A stretch of DNA of 10,256 bases from Promethearchaeota archaeon (GTDB lineage Archaea > Asgardarchaeota > Lokiarchaeia > Sigyniarchaeales > SOKP01): assembly GCA_019057795.1 (NCBI GenBank), contig JAHLWS010000001.1:1-10256 (forward strand). The letters are read 5' to 3'. A model generated the notes under the pieces. The model did no database searches and was not told where the DNA came from. It was given only the letters and a program-made list of their open reading frames with translations. Position 1 is the stretch's first letter. Each line of letters starts with the position of its first letter. A program made the translations under genes and the position numbers. Of this stretch, positions 1 through 7,846 are shown one piece after another.

Positions 1-402
1 ACCGAATACACCTAAATTTCTACCACTAAACACAGTAAGTAAGAAGCTAGCCAAAAAAAGTATACTGGATGATATAATTATTAACTTTTTATTTTTGGAA
101 TACCTATCAAATAAATATCCTAAAATTGGTCCTGAGAACATAACGAGATAAACAAATACTTGGATGAATGCTAATTGGCTTCTATCAACATTCAAAGTAT
201 TTAATAAATAGACCGGAAGATATATTACTAAATAGATTCTTATGACGCTAATGGCAAAATACAGAAAGAAGAACCCTATATAGTTTGATCTCTTAATATT
301 TCCTTTTTCTCTTTGCTTAAAGAACCTATAATTCCACTTATACTTAAACTCTGATATTTCAACCGATTTATTAGCTGTTGCCCTATCTTTATTATTAAAC
401 AT
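1..402 (-). CDS. MFS transporter, N-terminal part (runs off the left edge; not in the ORF track)
   Basis: Manual translation from ATG at 402 gives 134 uninterrupted codons: MFNNKDRATANKSVEISEFKYKWNYRFFKQREKGNIKRSNYIGFFFLYFAISVIRIYLVIYLPVYLLNTLNVDRSQLAFIQVFVYLVMFSGPILGYLFDRYSKNKKLIIISSSILFLASFLLTVFSGRNLGVFG. It has successive hydrophobic helices and an MFS motif-A-like loop (GYLFDRYSKNKK) after TM2. An SD-like GCGGTTGA lies upstream. Confidence 0.85.
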   Translation of the reverse strand, partial: MFNNKDRATANKSVEISEFKYKWNYRFFKQREKGNIKRSNYIGFFFLYFAISVIRIYLVIYLPVYLLNTLNVDRSQLAFIQVFVYLVMFSGPILGYLFDRYSKNKKLIIISSSILFLASFLLTVFSGRNLGVFG

Positions 403-576
403 CTTCAAAATTCAACCGCGAAAAATTATTCAGTTTTTATATTCAATAATTTTGTTCTTAAACTTAAAAACTACACAGTAAATAATTTTATGATGTTTTA
501 GAAAGCTATAATAATCAGCAAAAGAAAATTATTGATATTTATCCTTACTGAGCCAGATATCTTCCATCATACTTAC

Positions 577-606
577 AAAAAAAAAAGGGAAAAATATGGT
601 TTTCCC
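577..606 (-). terminator. Hairpin plus U-tract terminator
   Basis: Minus-strand RNA GGGAAAA-CCAUAU-UUUUCCC is a perfect 7-bp stem with a 6-nt loop (606-587), followed immediately by U10 (586-577). Confidence 0.75.
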
Positions 607-641
607 GCATTTCGGATTTTTTAATAATCCAAGCGGGAGAA
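600..641 (-). promoter_or_regulatory. Candidate antiterminator hairpin overlapping the terminator's 5' arm
   Basis: UUCUCCCGC (641-633) pairs with GCGGGAAAA (608-600) at 8 of 9 positions. UUGGAUU (632-626) pairs with AAUCCGA (618-612). The 3' arm includes GGGAAAA, which the terminator stem also needs. Confidence 0.55.
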
Positions 642-645
642 TCGT

Positions 646-675
646 TTAGGGTGTAGTATCACAAGTTGCAGGCAT
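646..675 (-). CDS. Putative leader peptide MPATCDTTP (9 aa)
   Basis: ATG CCT GCA ACT TGT GAT ACT ACA CCC TAA. A strong SD GAGGT (688-684) sits 8 nt before the ATG, and a TATA box TTTATATA at 729-722 is correctly spaced to transcribe it. Confidence 0.55.
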   Translation of the reverse strand: MPATCDTTP

Positions 676-721
676 TTTAGCTTACCTCAGCTTATTTTAA
701 TAAAATTTAAATTGATTATTG

Positions 722-729
722 TATATAAA
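722..729 (-). promoter_or_regulatory. Archaeal TATA box for the leader transcript
   Basis: TTTATATA on the minus strand. It predicts a start site near 700, just upstream of the SD at 688-684. Confidence 0.55.
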
Positions 730-867
730 CCCGCTATCCTCAACCAACGAGCTCACAATATTTTATTTATAAATAAATATAAAAACATAGAGAAAAAAGT
801 AAAAGATAAGCTTGGATTTTTATACTAAAAAAACCGATTAATCATTAAATCTAAAATTTTATGGCAT

Positions 868-884
868 GAAAAAGTATTTAAGTA
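868..884 (+). promoter_or_regulatory. BRE plus TATA promoter of the 1204-aa gene
   Basis: Purine-rich GAAAAAG (868-874) followed by TTTAAGTA (877-884), about 50 nt before the ATG at 935. Confidence 0.55.
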
Positions 885-934
885 GTTATGTAAATTCATA
901 ATTCTAACCCGTATTTATCTATAAAATTGAATAT

Positions 935-3900
935 ATGGCAAAATTAAATATCGATTTTTTGATAAAAACTCGAATCAAAAATATCCTAGAAAAGATTGAC
1001 TACTTTTTTCGTGAACTTCTTCGAGAAATTGAATCCTATCTCAATATTGAAGTAATTTACCCTAAAATAAACATTATTTTAAAAAATGAAGAATCAATCA
1101 TTTCAGCTGCGGCTGATAACATATTTTCAATAGGAGTTGATAGATCTTATCATAATGATATTCTCAGTATTAAAATATATTCAGATTTTTTTCAATACAT
1201 CCAATTTATTATACTTCGGGAAGCGTATAAATGCTTTATTCCTCTTTTCGCCAATCAAATGAAAACAATTGAAATTTTCATAAATCAAAAAGTATTAATC
1301 GATCTTAAAAAAATAAAATCTTGCAATGAATGGAACCAGCTCATACGGGATAAACTGGTTAATTATGAGTTCATTTCGGGTGAGTTAGATCGTTTAGAGA
1401 ATTTTTTGAAACGTGAAAGTACTGAGAACATTGATTCTCCCTTTATCTTTTTCTTTAAATATATTAGAAAAAATATCCAAATCATAGGTGAAAAAGAACA
1501 AAATTTTTACGACACATTTTTCAAAGAATTTTTATTAGTTTCCTCAAAATCATTATTCAATGATGAAATAATAGAAACAATAAGAGTTCTTGATAAAATC
1601 TTCAACCAGGTAAAATATTATTCTGCATTGTTAGACTATCAAGATTATTTTACCTTATTTAAAGAAAAAGGAGTGATTGAAACTAATCTTAGTCTAAACA
1701 AATTTACTGAAAACATGCAATGGATTAAAAATTTTAGTTATTTATCTCCGAGTTATAAAGTAAACTGGCCATCATTAAATATACTCTCAATAAATTGCTG
1801 CATTAAATTCAACCCGATTATAAAGAGATCAGAAATACTCAAAATCATTAATGAGCTACCCTTTTTTGTTCTTCTTAAGGAATCCAGAAATAGTTTCGGA
1901 TTCGAAATTGAAGGATATTTTGTAATACCAAAAATTTATTTTGATGATTTAAAGATTTATCTTGAGAAGTTTAGAGATTATGGATATACTCTTCAAATTA
2001 AGTTAGGTATTCTTGAAAATGTTGAAACTTTAGTTAACTTAAATTATTTTCGAGAATATCATGATAGAAAAACTATTGTTAATAGAAATCACAAGTTCTA
2101 TGAGAGTAAATATGAATTGGATTTTTCGATTGCATATGGTAAAGAAGTTATTATGCCTAGTTTGTCACTTCTCGATTGGTTAATAATTGATAGAATTCGT
2201 TACTTTTCACAAACTGGATTTAATTTCGAAAGAAGAGCTGGAGCTCTTAAGTTGTTAAAGACTGATCTTATTAACGAGATTATAAGTCAAAGGAAATTTA
2301 TTACTGATTTAAAAACAAATTTGTTAACCATTCATTCCTCGTTAAAACTCAAGAACAATTTTCTAGAGTTTTTAAAAACAAATGAATCCTTTGGATTCTT
2401 TTACATTAAAAATATACTTAATGATTACATCATTACTTTTAACGTAATTAAAGATATTTTAAATAAAAATCCTTCTATCAACAGCGTCTTCAAATTTCGT
2501 GAACATTTTATAAGACAAGGAATATCAAATTCAATCGAAAATAACATTACCTTTAAAAATTCAATTAAAAAGGCGATTTTTAACCAATTCTTACCATTAT
2601 ATTTTAAATCAAAGGAGAATTTTGAGGATGAAATTAACAAATATACCAGCTTTTTTAAAGTAATTAGCTCTTGTTGCGATTTGAAGATCTCCAATCTTCA
2701 ATCAATTCACATGATTGTAAAAAACAGATCTTTGATAAACACTATTTATAAATCTAAGGAAGATAAATTACTGAGTTCATATGAGAGCTATGAAAAATCC
2801 GATCTAACATATCAAATAATTGAGGAAAAGCTAGATTATTACCTAAATAGCAAACCACCTGTAATTAAACCAAATTTATTCGCAACTATATTAGTTTCAA
2901 TGGTTCAAATTTTTATTGTTTTATTAAAAAATAACGAGGAAACTTTAGAAAATCTTAATAAAATATCTTTTATATCAAAGAGAATGTCGATTAGTTCTGG
3001 AGATATACTAAATGTAGTATTATTAATTCCAAACTTAAGTAGCAGTGAAAAGGGGACATTTATTTCATTATTGATTAATCTTTTTAAAGAAAATCTGATT
3101 AGTGTTAAAAGATATTTGTGGAGCTATTTTCAACAGGCGTTTTCAAGGAAAGATTTTTATGATTTAGAAAAAAAAGAATTTTTTTATCAAAAAGATCTTT
3201 TTGAGCAATTTTTCCTAAATGTGAGAAGCATTCTTGGTGAAGTGCAAAAATCTCTTCCAGAAATCCAAAGAATGGCGCAGAAACGATTTTGGTCTGAAGA
3301 GAAAGATGTTTCTTACTTGATTAAAGAGGTAGAAGATCGAGTACGAAACGAAACTATAGATTTAAGCTCAGAAAATCTACGAAAATTATTCGAATTTCAT
3401 AATCTATTAAGCAAAAACATACTAAACATTGAAGAGTTTAAAAAATCCCAAGAAAAGATTTTTTTTAAAAATTGCATCAATTCAATCGATTTCATACCGT
3501 CATTTCAAAACTTTGGGATAAGCCAGTATTTCTTATATTTTTATCCTACAGATATTGAAAACATTAATTTTAAGCTGCTATTAAATAACTCATTCCAATC
3601 AATTAGCTATCCCGCACAGATCGATAATTCTAATTCATTTTTGGTTCAATTTATTTATCCGTATCGCAATCCGGGTATATCGCCATATATAAATTGGCTG
3701 ACCAAGTCGAAAAAAATCATCAGAGAATATTGCTTATTTTTCATTAAGAAGTTCTATCAAATTTTGCATTTCGATTACAACCTGAGCTCTGAAGGTTGGG
3801 ATCTTGACCCAAATCGGTTTAAGATATATTTCCAAAATGTATTGTTTAACCCTGATTATAAAGTCCAAATTCCTGATTTAAAGGAGTTCAATATTGGTGA

Positions 3901-4549
3901 TTTAAACAGTTCAAATTATCTAGGACCCAATTCCTCTGAATTTAAAGCGCTATCTCAAATATTTAACTGGAAATCATTGGATATTAAATCTTACTTAACC
4001 AGGCGTTATTTTAAGATAAATAAAAGTATAGTGGAATTGTTAAAGAAAGGATTAATTCAACCCTTTATTTCTTTAAAGAATTTAGATTTAGTGGAAGAGA
4101 TTACTATCATTTTACCAGATGTTAAAAAAGAACTTAACGAGTCAATTCTTAAGATTTTTAGCTTTTTCAACATCGGGTTCACCTATGAATTGGAAGGAGA
4201 ATATTACATTCATGGATTTGAGGATATAATAAAGTTCGAGAACGGCATAATGATTAAACTATATTTCCCCGATTGCCAAATAGATGAATTCGAGAAACTT
4301 TTCGATTTGCTTTTTGAATACATGAAAATTGACCACTATCTAATCTTAAACGATTTAGTTGACGGGGAGAATTTAATAAAATCTACATTCAATGGATTGA
4401 AATTTTTAGAGACATATAATCCTTTAACCAACCTTATTTGGAACGATAAAGACAAGAGATGGCGGAACCATAAATTATTTAACGAGAATTTTGAACCGGT
4501 TTATCCTGATTTGCTCTTTGGAAAAAATAATTACGATTTAGATTCATAA
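935..4549 (+). CDS. Large soluble hypothetical protein (1204 aa), probably a multi-module Lrp/AsnC-like (wHTH + RAM/ACT-like) regulator with a degenerate zincin-like N-terminus
   Basis: Long ORF with its own promoter and no TM segments. Lrp/AsnC-like linker motifs recur: SPSYKVNWPSLN (~aa271), FIPSFQNFG (~aa853) and LLKKGLIQPFISLKNLDL (~aa1035), each followed by alternating beta/alpha patterns. LSLLDWLII (~aa410) resembles an AsnC helix-1 start. ILREAY (~aa93) resembles a degenerate HExxH helix. The CDS is secure; the domain assignment is by eye. Confidence 0.6.
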   Translation: MAKLNIDFLIKTRIKNILEKIDYFFRELLREIESYLNIEVIYPKINIILKNEESIISAAADNIFSIGVDRSYHNDILSIKIYSDFFQYIQFIILREAYKCFIPLFANQMKTIEIFINQKVLIDLKKIKSCNEWNQLIRDKLVNYEFISGELDRLENFLKRESTENIDSPFIFFFKYIRKNIQIIGEKEQNFYDTFFKEFLLVSSKSLFNDEIIETIRVLDKIFNQVKYYSALLDYQDYFTLFKEKGVIETNLSLNKFTENMQWIKNFSYLSPSYKVNWPSLNILSINCCIKFNPIIKRSEILKIINELPFFVLLKESRNSFGFEIEGYFVIPKIYFDDLKIYLEKFRDYGYTLQIKLGILENVETLVNLNYFREYHDRKTIVNRNHKFYESKYELDFSIAYGKEVIMPSLSLLDWLIIDRIRYFSQTGFNFERRAGALKLLKTDLINEIISQRKFITDLKTNLLTIHSSLKLKNNFLEFLKTNESFGFFYIKNILNDYIITFNVIKDILNKNPSINSVFKFREHFIRQGISNSIENNITFKNSIKKAIFNQFLPLYFKSKENFEDEINKYTSFFKVISSCCDLKISNLQSIHMIVKNRSLINTIYKSKEDKLLSSYESYEKSDLTYQIIEEKLDYYLNSKPPVIKPNLFATILVSMVQIFIVLLKNNEETLENLNKISFISKRMSISSGDILNVVLLIPNLSSSEKGTFISLLINLFKENLISVKRYLWSYFQQAFSRKDFYDLEKKEFFYQKDLFEQFFLNVRSILGEVQKSLPEIQRMAQKRFWSEEKDVSYLIKEVEDRVRNETIDLSSENLRKLFEFHNLLSKNILNIEEFKKSQEKIFFKNCINSIDFIPSFQNFGISQYFLYFYPTDIENINFKLLLNNSFQSISYPAQIDNSNSFLVQFIYPYRNPGISPYINWLTKSKKIIREYCLFFIKKFYQILHFDYNLSSEGWDLDPNRFKIYFQNVLFNPDYKVQIPDLKEFNIGDLNSSNYLGPNSSEFKALSQIFNWKSLDIKSYLTRRYFKINKSIVELLKKGLIQPFISLKNLDLVEEITIILPDVKKELNESILKIFSFFNIGFTYELEGEYYIHGFEDIIKFENGIMIKLYFPDCQIDEFEKLFDLLFEYMKIDHYLILNDLVDGENLIKSTFNGLKFLETYNPLTNLIWNDKDKRWRNHKLFNENFEPVYPDLLFGKNNYDLDS

Positions 4550-4616
4550 TTTTCCATGTTAATATTTGGTTTTGTTCGTAAACACTGAGACAAACTTGTA
4601 AAGGGTAATAAAAACT

Positions 4617-4650
4617 AAAATATCAAAAATAATAAATCAGTTGATATTTT
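4617..4650. promoter_or_regulatory. Perfect 10-bp inverted repeat, candidate operator
   Basis: AAAATATCAA (4617-4626), a 14-nt spacer, then TTGATATTTT (4641-4650), ending 11 nt before the acdA-like start codon. Confidence 0.45.
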
Positions 4651-4661
4651 TTCTTAAATGA

Positions 4662-6116
4662 ATGGTAGTTAAAGATCTCGATTTTGAAAAGTTCGAAACT
4701 TTGTTTCATCCAATTAATATCGCGTTTATTGGAGCTAGCGAGAAATCTGCTTTTGGAGCAATGTTGTATTTATCAGCGTTTAAAACTTCGAAATGGAAAG
4801 ACACATTCTTCCCTGTAAATCCAAAATATGATAAAGTCCTCGATTGGAAATGTTATAATTCAGTCTTAGATATTCCGTATCCTATAGATACTGCTTATAT
4901 TTCTGTTAAAACTAAATACATTCCCCAAGTTTTAAAAGAGTGCGTAGAGAAGGATGTTCCATGGGTAATTATTTTCTCATCTGGTTTTTCTGAAACGGGA
5001 GATCCAGCGGGATTAAAATTAGAAAAAGAATTAAAGCAAATTTTATTAAAATCCAATACCAGAGTTATAGGTCCGAATTGTATAGGACCTTATAACGCAG
5101 CTGAAGGTATGGCATTTTCGTTCAGCGCCAAAAAGAATACTCCTGGGCAAGTCTCGTTCATGTCTCAATCTGGGGGGCATATGAGCCAGTTATTAGATGT
5201 AGGGTATAAAAGGGATATAAGGTTTAGGTACGGGGTGTCATTTGGTAATCAAATAGACCTGAATTGCATTGATTTTCTGAAATATTATCACAAGGATTCC
5301 ACAACTCACGTAATCGCAGCCTACTTAGAGTCATTCGGGTCCGCTACGGGCCACGAATTCTTTTTAGAGCTGAAAAAAAACACAAAAAACAAACCAGTTA
5401 TTATATGGAAAGGAGGTTATACTGACGATGGCTCGAGAGCAGCGTTTTCCCACACTGGTGCCATAGTAAGTGATTTAAGGTTATGGCATTCAATGGCCAA
5501 GCAAACCGGTGCAACTATAGTTAGAGATAACGAAGAATTTTGGAATGCTATTAAGACATTTGAATTATTATTTCCAAAATATGTCCCTCAAGGTAGAAAT
5601 GTAGGAATAATTACTCCTGGTGGCGGATCTAGCGTGAATACAACTGATCTGTTCAATTTTCATAATTTAAAAATTCCGGAATTAACTTTAGATTCCCAAA
5701 AGAAAATTAGCGAAATACTTCCATATGAAAACGTAAATGTGAAGAATCCTGTGGATTTAGGAGCCCTTGGCTTTGTCGTAGAGATATTCGTAAATTGTAT
5801 TGAGATTGTAGTAAACGATCCAAACATTGATATTATAGTAATTCCGCTATGGCCTCATTTTATCTATAATCATGTTTTCAAGCAGATGATTAAAATCCAG
5901 AAATCAACAAAGAAACCATTTATGTTTTGTTTACCAAGCATTGCTGACTCATCGGAACTTGCCCAACGATTTTCAACAGTTAAAAAAATACTTCATGAAG
6001 AGCGAGTACTCTACTTTCTATCATTAAGAGACGCAGCAAAAAGCTTATCACTTTATTGTGATTATGTCGAATATTTAAACTCACACAAAAATGAAATTTT
6101 GGATAAAGAAGAATGA
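4662..6116 (+). CDS. acdA: Acetate/acyl-CoA ligase (ADP-forming) alpha subunit, CoA-binding protein
   Basis: NDP-forming acyl-CoA synthetase alpha motifs appear in order: IAFIGAS, PVNP, IIFSSGFSETG, IGPNCIG, SQSGG, VSFGNQ, YLE, KGG, SHTGA (catalytic phospho-His, aa264) and NPVDLG. There is no fused ATP-grasp beta domain. Substrate specificity is unknown. Confidence 0.9.
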   Translation: MVVKDLDFEKFETLFHPINIAFIGASEKSAFGAMLYLSAFKTSKWKDTFFPVNPKYDKVLDWKCYNSVLDIPYPIDTAYISVKTKYIPQVLKECVEKDVPWVIIFSSGFSETGDPAGLKLEKELKQILLKSNTRVIGPNCIGPYNAAEGMAFSFSAKKNTPGQVSFMSQSGGHMSQLLDVGYKRDIRFRYGVSFGNQIDLNCIDFLKYYHKDSTTHVIAAYLESFGSATGHEFFLELKKNTKNKPVIIWKGGYTDDGSRAAFSHTGAIVSDLRLWHSMAKQTGATIVRDNEEFWNAIKTFELLFPKYVPQGRNVGIITPGGGSSVNTTDLFNFHNLKIPELTLDSQKKISEILPYENVNVKNPVDLGALGFVVEIFVNCIEIVVNDPNIDIIVIPLWPHFIYNHVFKQMIKIQKSTKKPFMFCLPSIADSSELAQRFSTVKKILHEERVLYFLSLRDAAKSLSLYCDYVEYLNSHKNEILDKEE

Positions 6117-6121
6117 TATTA

Positions 6122-6403
6122 TTACTCTTTTTTCATTATTTCTCTTAAGTAGAGTTTCATAAAATATCTTTCAATACTACAATAATCTAATTTTTGATTA
6201 TTCGTTAATTCTTTATTGTTTAACAAGAAAAAGTGGACATCTATGATTTTTCCATAAAATTTTTTCAATTTGTTGACAAATTCTTGTTGTTTTAAGTGAA
6301 ATAAGTCTTTTTTTTCAAAAACTGGCAGATTAGATAAATAATTTGCTTCAGTAATATCAAAGGATTCTATAGAATAATTGAAATTAGCTTTTCCTGAACT
6401 CAA
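6122..6403 (-). CDS. Small hypothetical protein (93 aa, TTG start)
   Basis: ORF converges on acdA with a 5-nt gap. An SD-like AGTGAT precedes the TTG. No recognisable motif. Confidence 0.6.
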   Translation of the reverse strand: MSSGKANFNYSIESFDITEANYLSNLPVFEKKDLFHLKQQEFVNKLKKFYGKIIDVHFFLLNNKELTNNQKLDYCSIERYFMKLYLREIMKKE

Positions 6404-6709
6404 TTTTTATCACTTAGAATTTTAAAATAATATAATTAAACTCCATTGTTTTTGAAACTGTAGTGCTGTTTTAATTTTGTCGGTAATCTGCAATAATACC
6501 TACTAAATTGTCTATTTTTGAGTGTAATTAGGGTTATAATCTCAATTTTGTATATACTATTGTTTTCCGTATATTAAACTTAGAGCGAATTATGTGTTAA
6601 GGGGTTAATAAAGAGAAACTAAAACCTAAAATGAGTGTAAAAGTAATATTTAAAATAAATTGAATAAATTATCTAATAATTATCTCAATAATAAATTGTG
6701 TGAAAATCA

Positions 6710-7729
6710 ATGGGTTTTATTTCTGGACTGAAAGGATTGTTTAAAAAACCAATTTTTGTATTTATTATAAGCCTATTTACAATTACTTGGATTTTGATAA
6801 TAATTAATAGTTATTTGCTTATTCCAGCGATTAGATCGTTTATATTCATGTTCGGAGGAGGTTTATTATTATTTAATTTAATTTTTTTATTTATTTCCTT
6901 ATTTAAAAATCTTGATAAAATAAATAAATGGTTTTACATAATCATTTATATAGTTGCGATAGCTTTAGCTATATTTTTCTATGCTTCAATTTTTTCTCCC
7001 ACATCTAATTTAGCCTTTCTAATTCTCCTTAATGTTAATATATTTTTTACAGCTTTCTTCGCCTTCAAATTATGTATGGATTCATCTACTAATATCGATG
7101 ATTATTTGTATAAAAGTAAGAGCTCTCGTAAAGTGACTCGAGTAATTGAATTTTTTGTTTTTGGTTTTTTAGTCTTATGGTTTTTTAGATTGACCGTAAT
7201 TTTTTTCAGTTATACTCCTCTACCAATATTCCTTGTTGTAATTCAGATTTTACAAACATTGTTTTGGATAAACGTAGTTTTAATGATAATTGTCCTAATT
7301 CGCTTGATTATAACAAAGAAATTATCAGCATATGTTACTTTATTTTTTCTGTTTACTTTCTTCTACGCACTATATATCCTTTTTGATTTATTATATGGAA
7401 TATTTTTTAGCACAGCAACTGGAGACCCAACTCATGTTATCATTTCGTTTGTAATAGATGCTGCATTATTTTTATACATCCTAGGCACTGTCTATGATAA
7501 AATTGATTATCTTCAAGACAAAATAAAGATTTTTCGAGTTGATACAATTGCTTTATTTCTAATAACTATGAAGATTTATGTGCAGGTTTCAAGAATCGGG
7601 GCAATTCTTGTTCCAGTAGATGTACAAATCTTACAAGCCCAAGTGTTATTTATTATCTTCGTATTTTTTAATTTATTATTTGGAATGTATTCAATTCTCG
7701 TGCATAAAAGCAAAAAGAGTAAACGATAA
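6710..7729 (+). CDS. Polytopic membrane protein of unknown function (339 aa, about 10 TM segments)
   Basis: Continuous series of hydrophobic segments, a basic C-terminal tail (HKSKKSKR) and an SD-like GTGTGA before the ATG. Confidence 0.85.
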   Translation: MGFISGLKGLFKKPIFVFIISLFTITWILIIINSYLLIPAIRSFIFMFGGGLLLFNLIFLFISLFKNLDKINKWFYIIIYIVAIALAIFFYASIFSPTSNLAFLILLNVNIFFTAFFAFKLCMDSSTNIDDYLYKSKSSRKVTRVIEFFVFGFLVLWFFRLTVIFFSYTPLPIFLVVIQILQTLFWINVVLMIIVLIRLIITKKLSAYVTLFFLFTFFYALYILFDLLYGIFFSTATGDPTHVIISFVIDAALFLYILGTVYDKIDYLQDKIKIFRVDTIALFLITMKIYVQVSRIGAILVPVDVQILQAQVLFIIFVFFNLLFGMYSILVHKSKKSKR

Positions 7730-7769
7730 AGAGGAAATATTAAATTTATTAATTTTTTATCTTATATTT

Positions 7770-7825
7770 TTGAATTAAAATATCAACTATAGGTTTTGAT
7801 ATATTCAATTAAAAGGAAAAAAAAA
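7770..7825. terminator. Convergent-gene terminator region (AT-rich inverted repeat plus minus-strand U9)
   Basis: TTGAAT-taaa-ATATCAA-N9-TTGATAT-ATTCAA inverted repeat (7770-7808). The A9 run at 7817-7825 is a U-tract about 21 nt after the stop of the 172-aa gene. Confidence 0.45.
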
Positions 7826-7846
7826 TTTATTTAATGCATCTCTTCT

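Noticed and set aside
490-551. Possible box C/D sRNA (ATGATGT ... CTGA)
   Set aside because: Imperfect C box, no convincing D'/C' pair, and AT-rich guides of the wrong length.
600-641. Hairpin as a SECIS element for a selenopeptide
   Set aside because: The adjacent sORF has no in-frame TGA (TGT GAT reads Cys-Asp). The hairpin lacks the AUGA/GA core of eukaryote-like SECIS, and its GAAA is on the wrong arm for the methanococcal type.
2425-2694. 89-aa minus-strand ORF from the track
   Set aside because: Lies fully antisense within the 1204-aa gene and has no motif; a shadow ORF.
6422-6493. 23-codon minus-strand TTG ORF (LQITDKIKTALQFQKQWSLIILF) upstream of the 93-aa gene
   Set aside because: Non-ATG start, SD-like AGGT only 4 nt away and no associated structure; expected by chance.
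6526-6547. Imperfect palindrome AATTAGGGTTATAATCTCAATT in the divergent intergenic region
   Set aside because: Three mismatched pairs out of eleven in AT-rich DNA; too weak to call an operator.
6667-6685. Tandem AATTATCT repeat before the 339-aa gene
   Set aside because: Only two short AT-rich copies; not significant.
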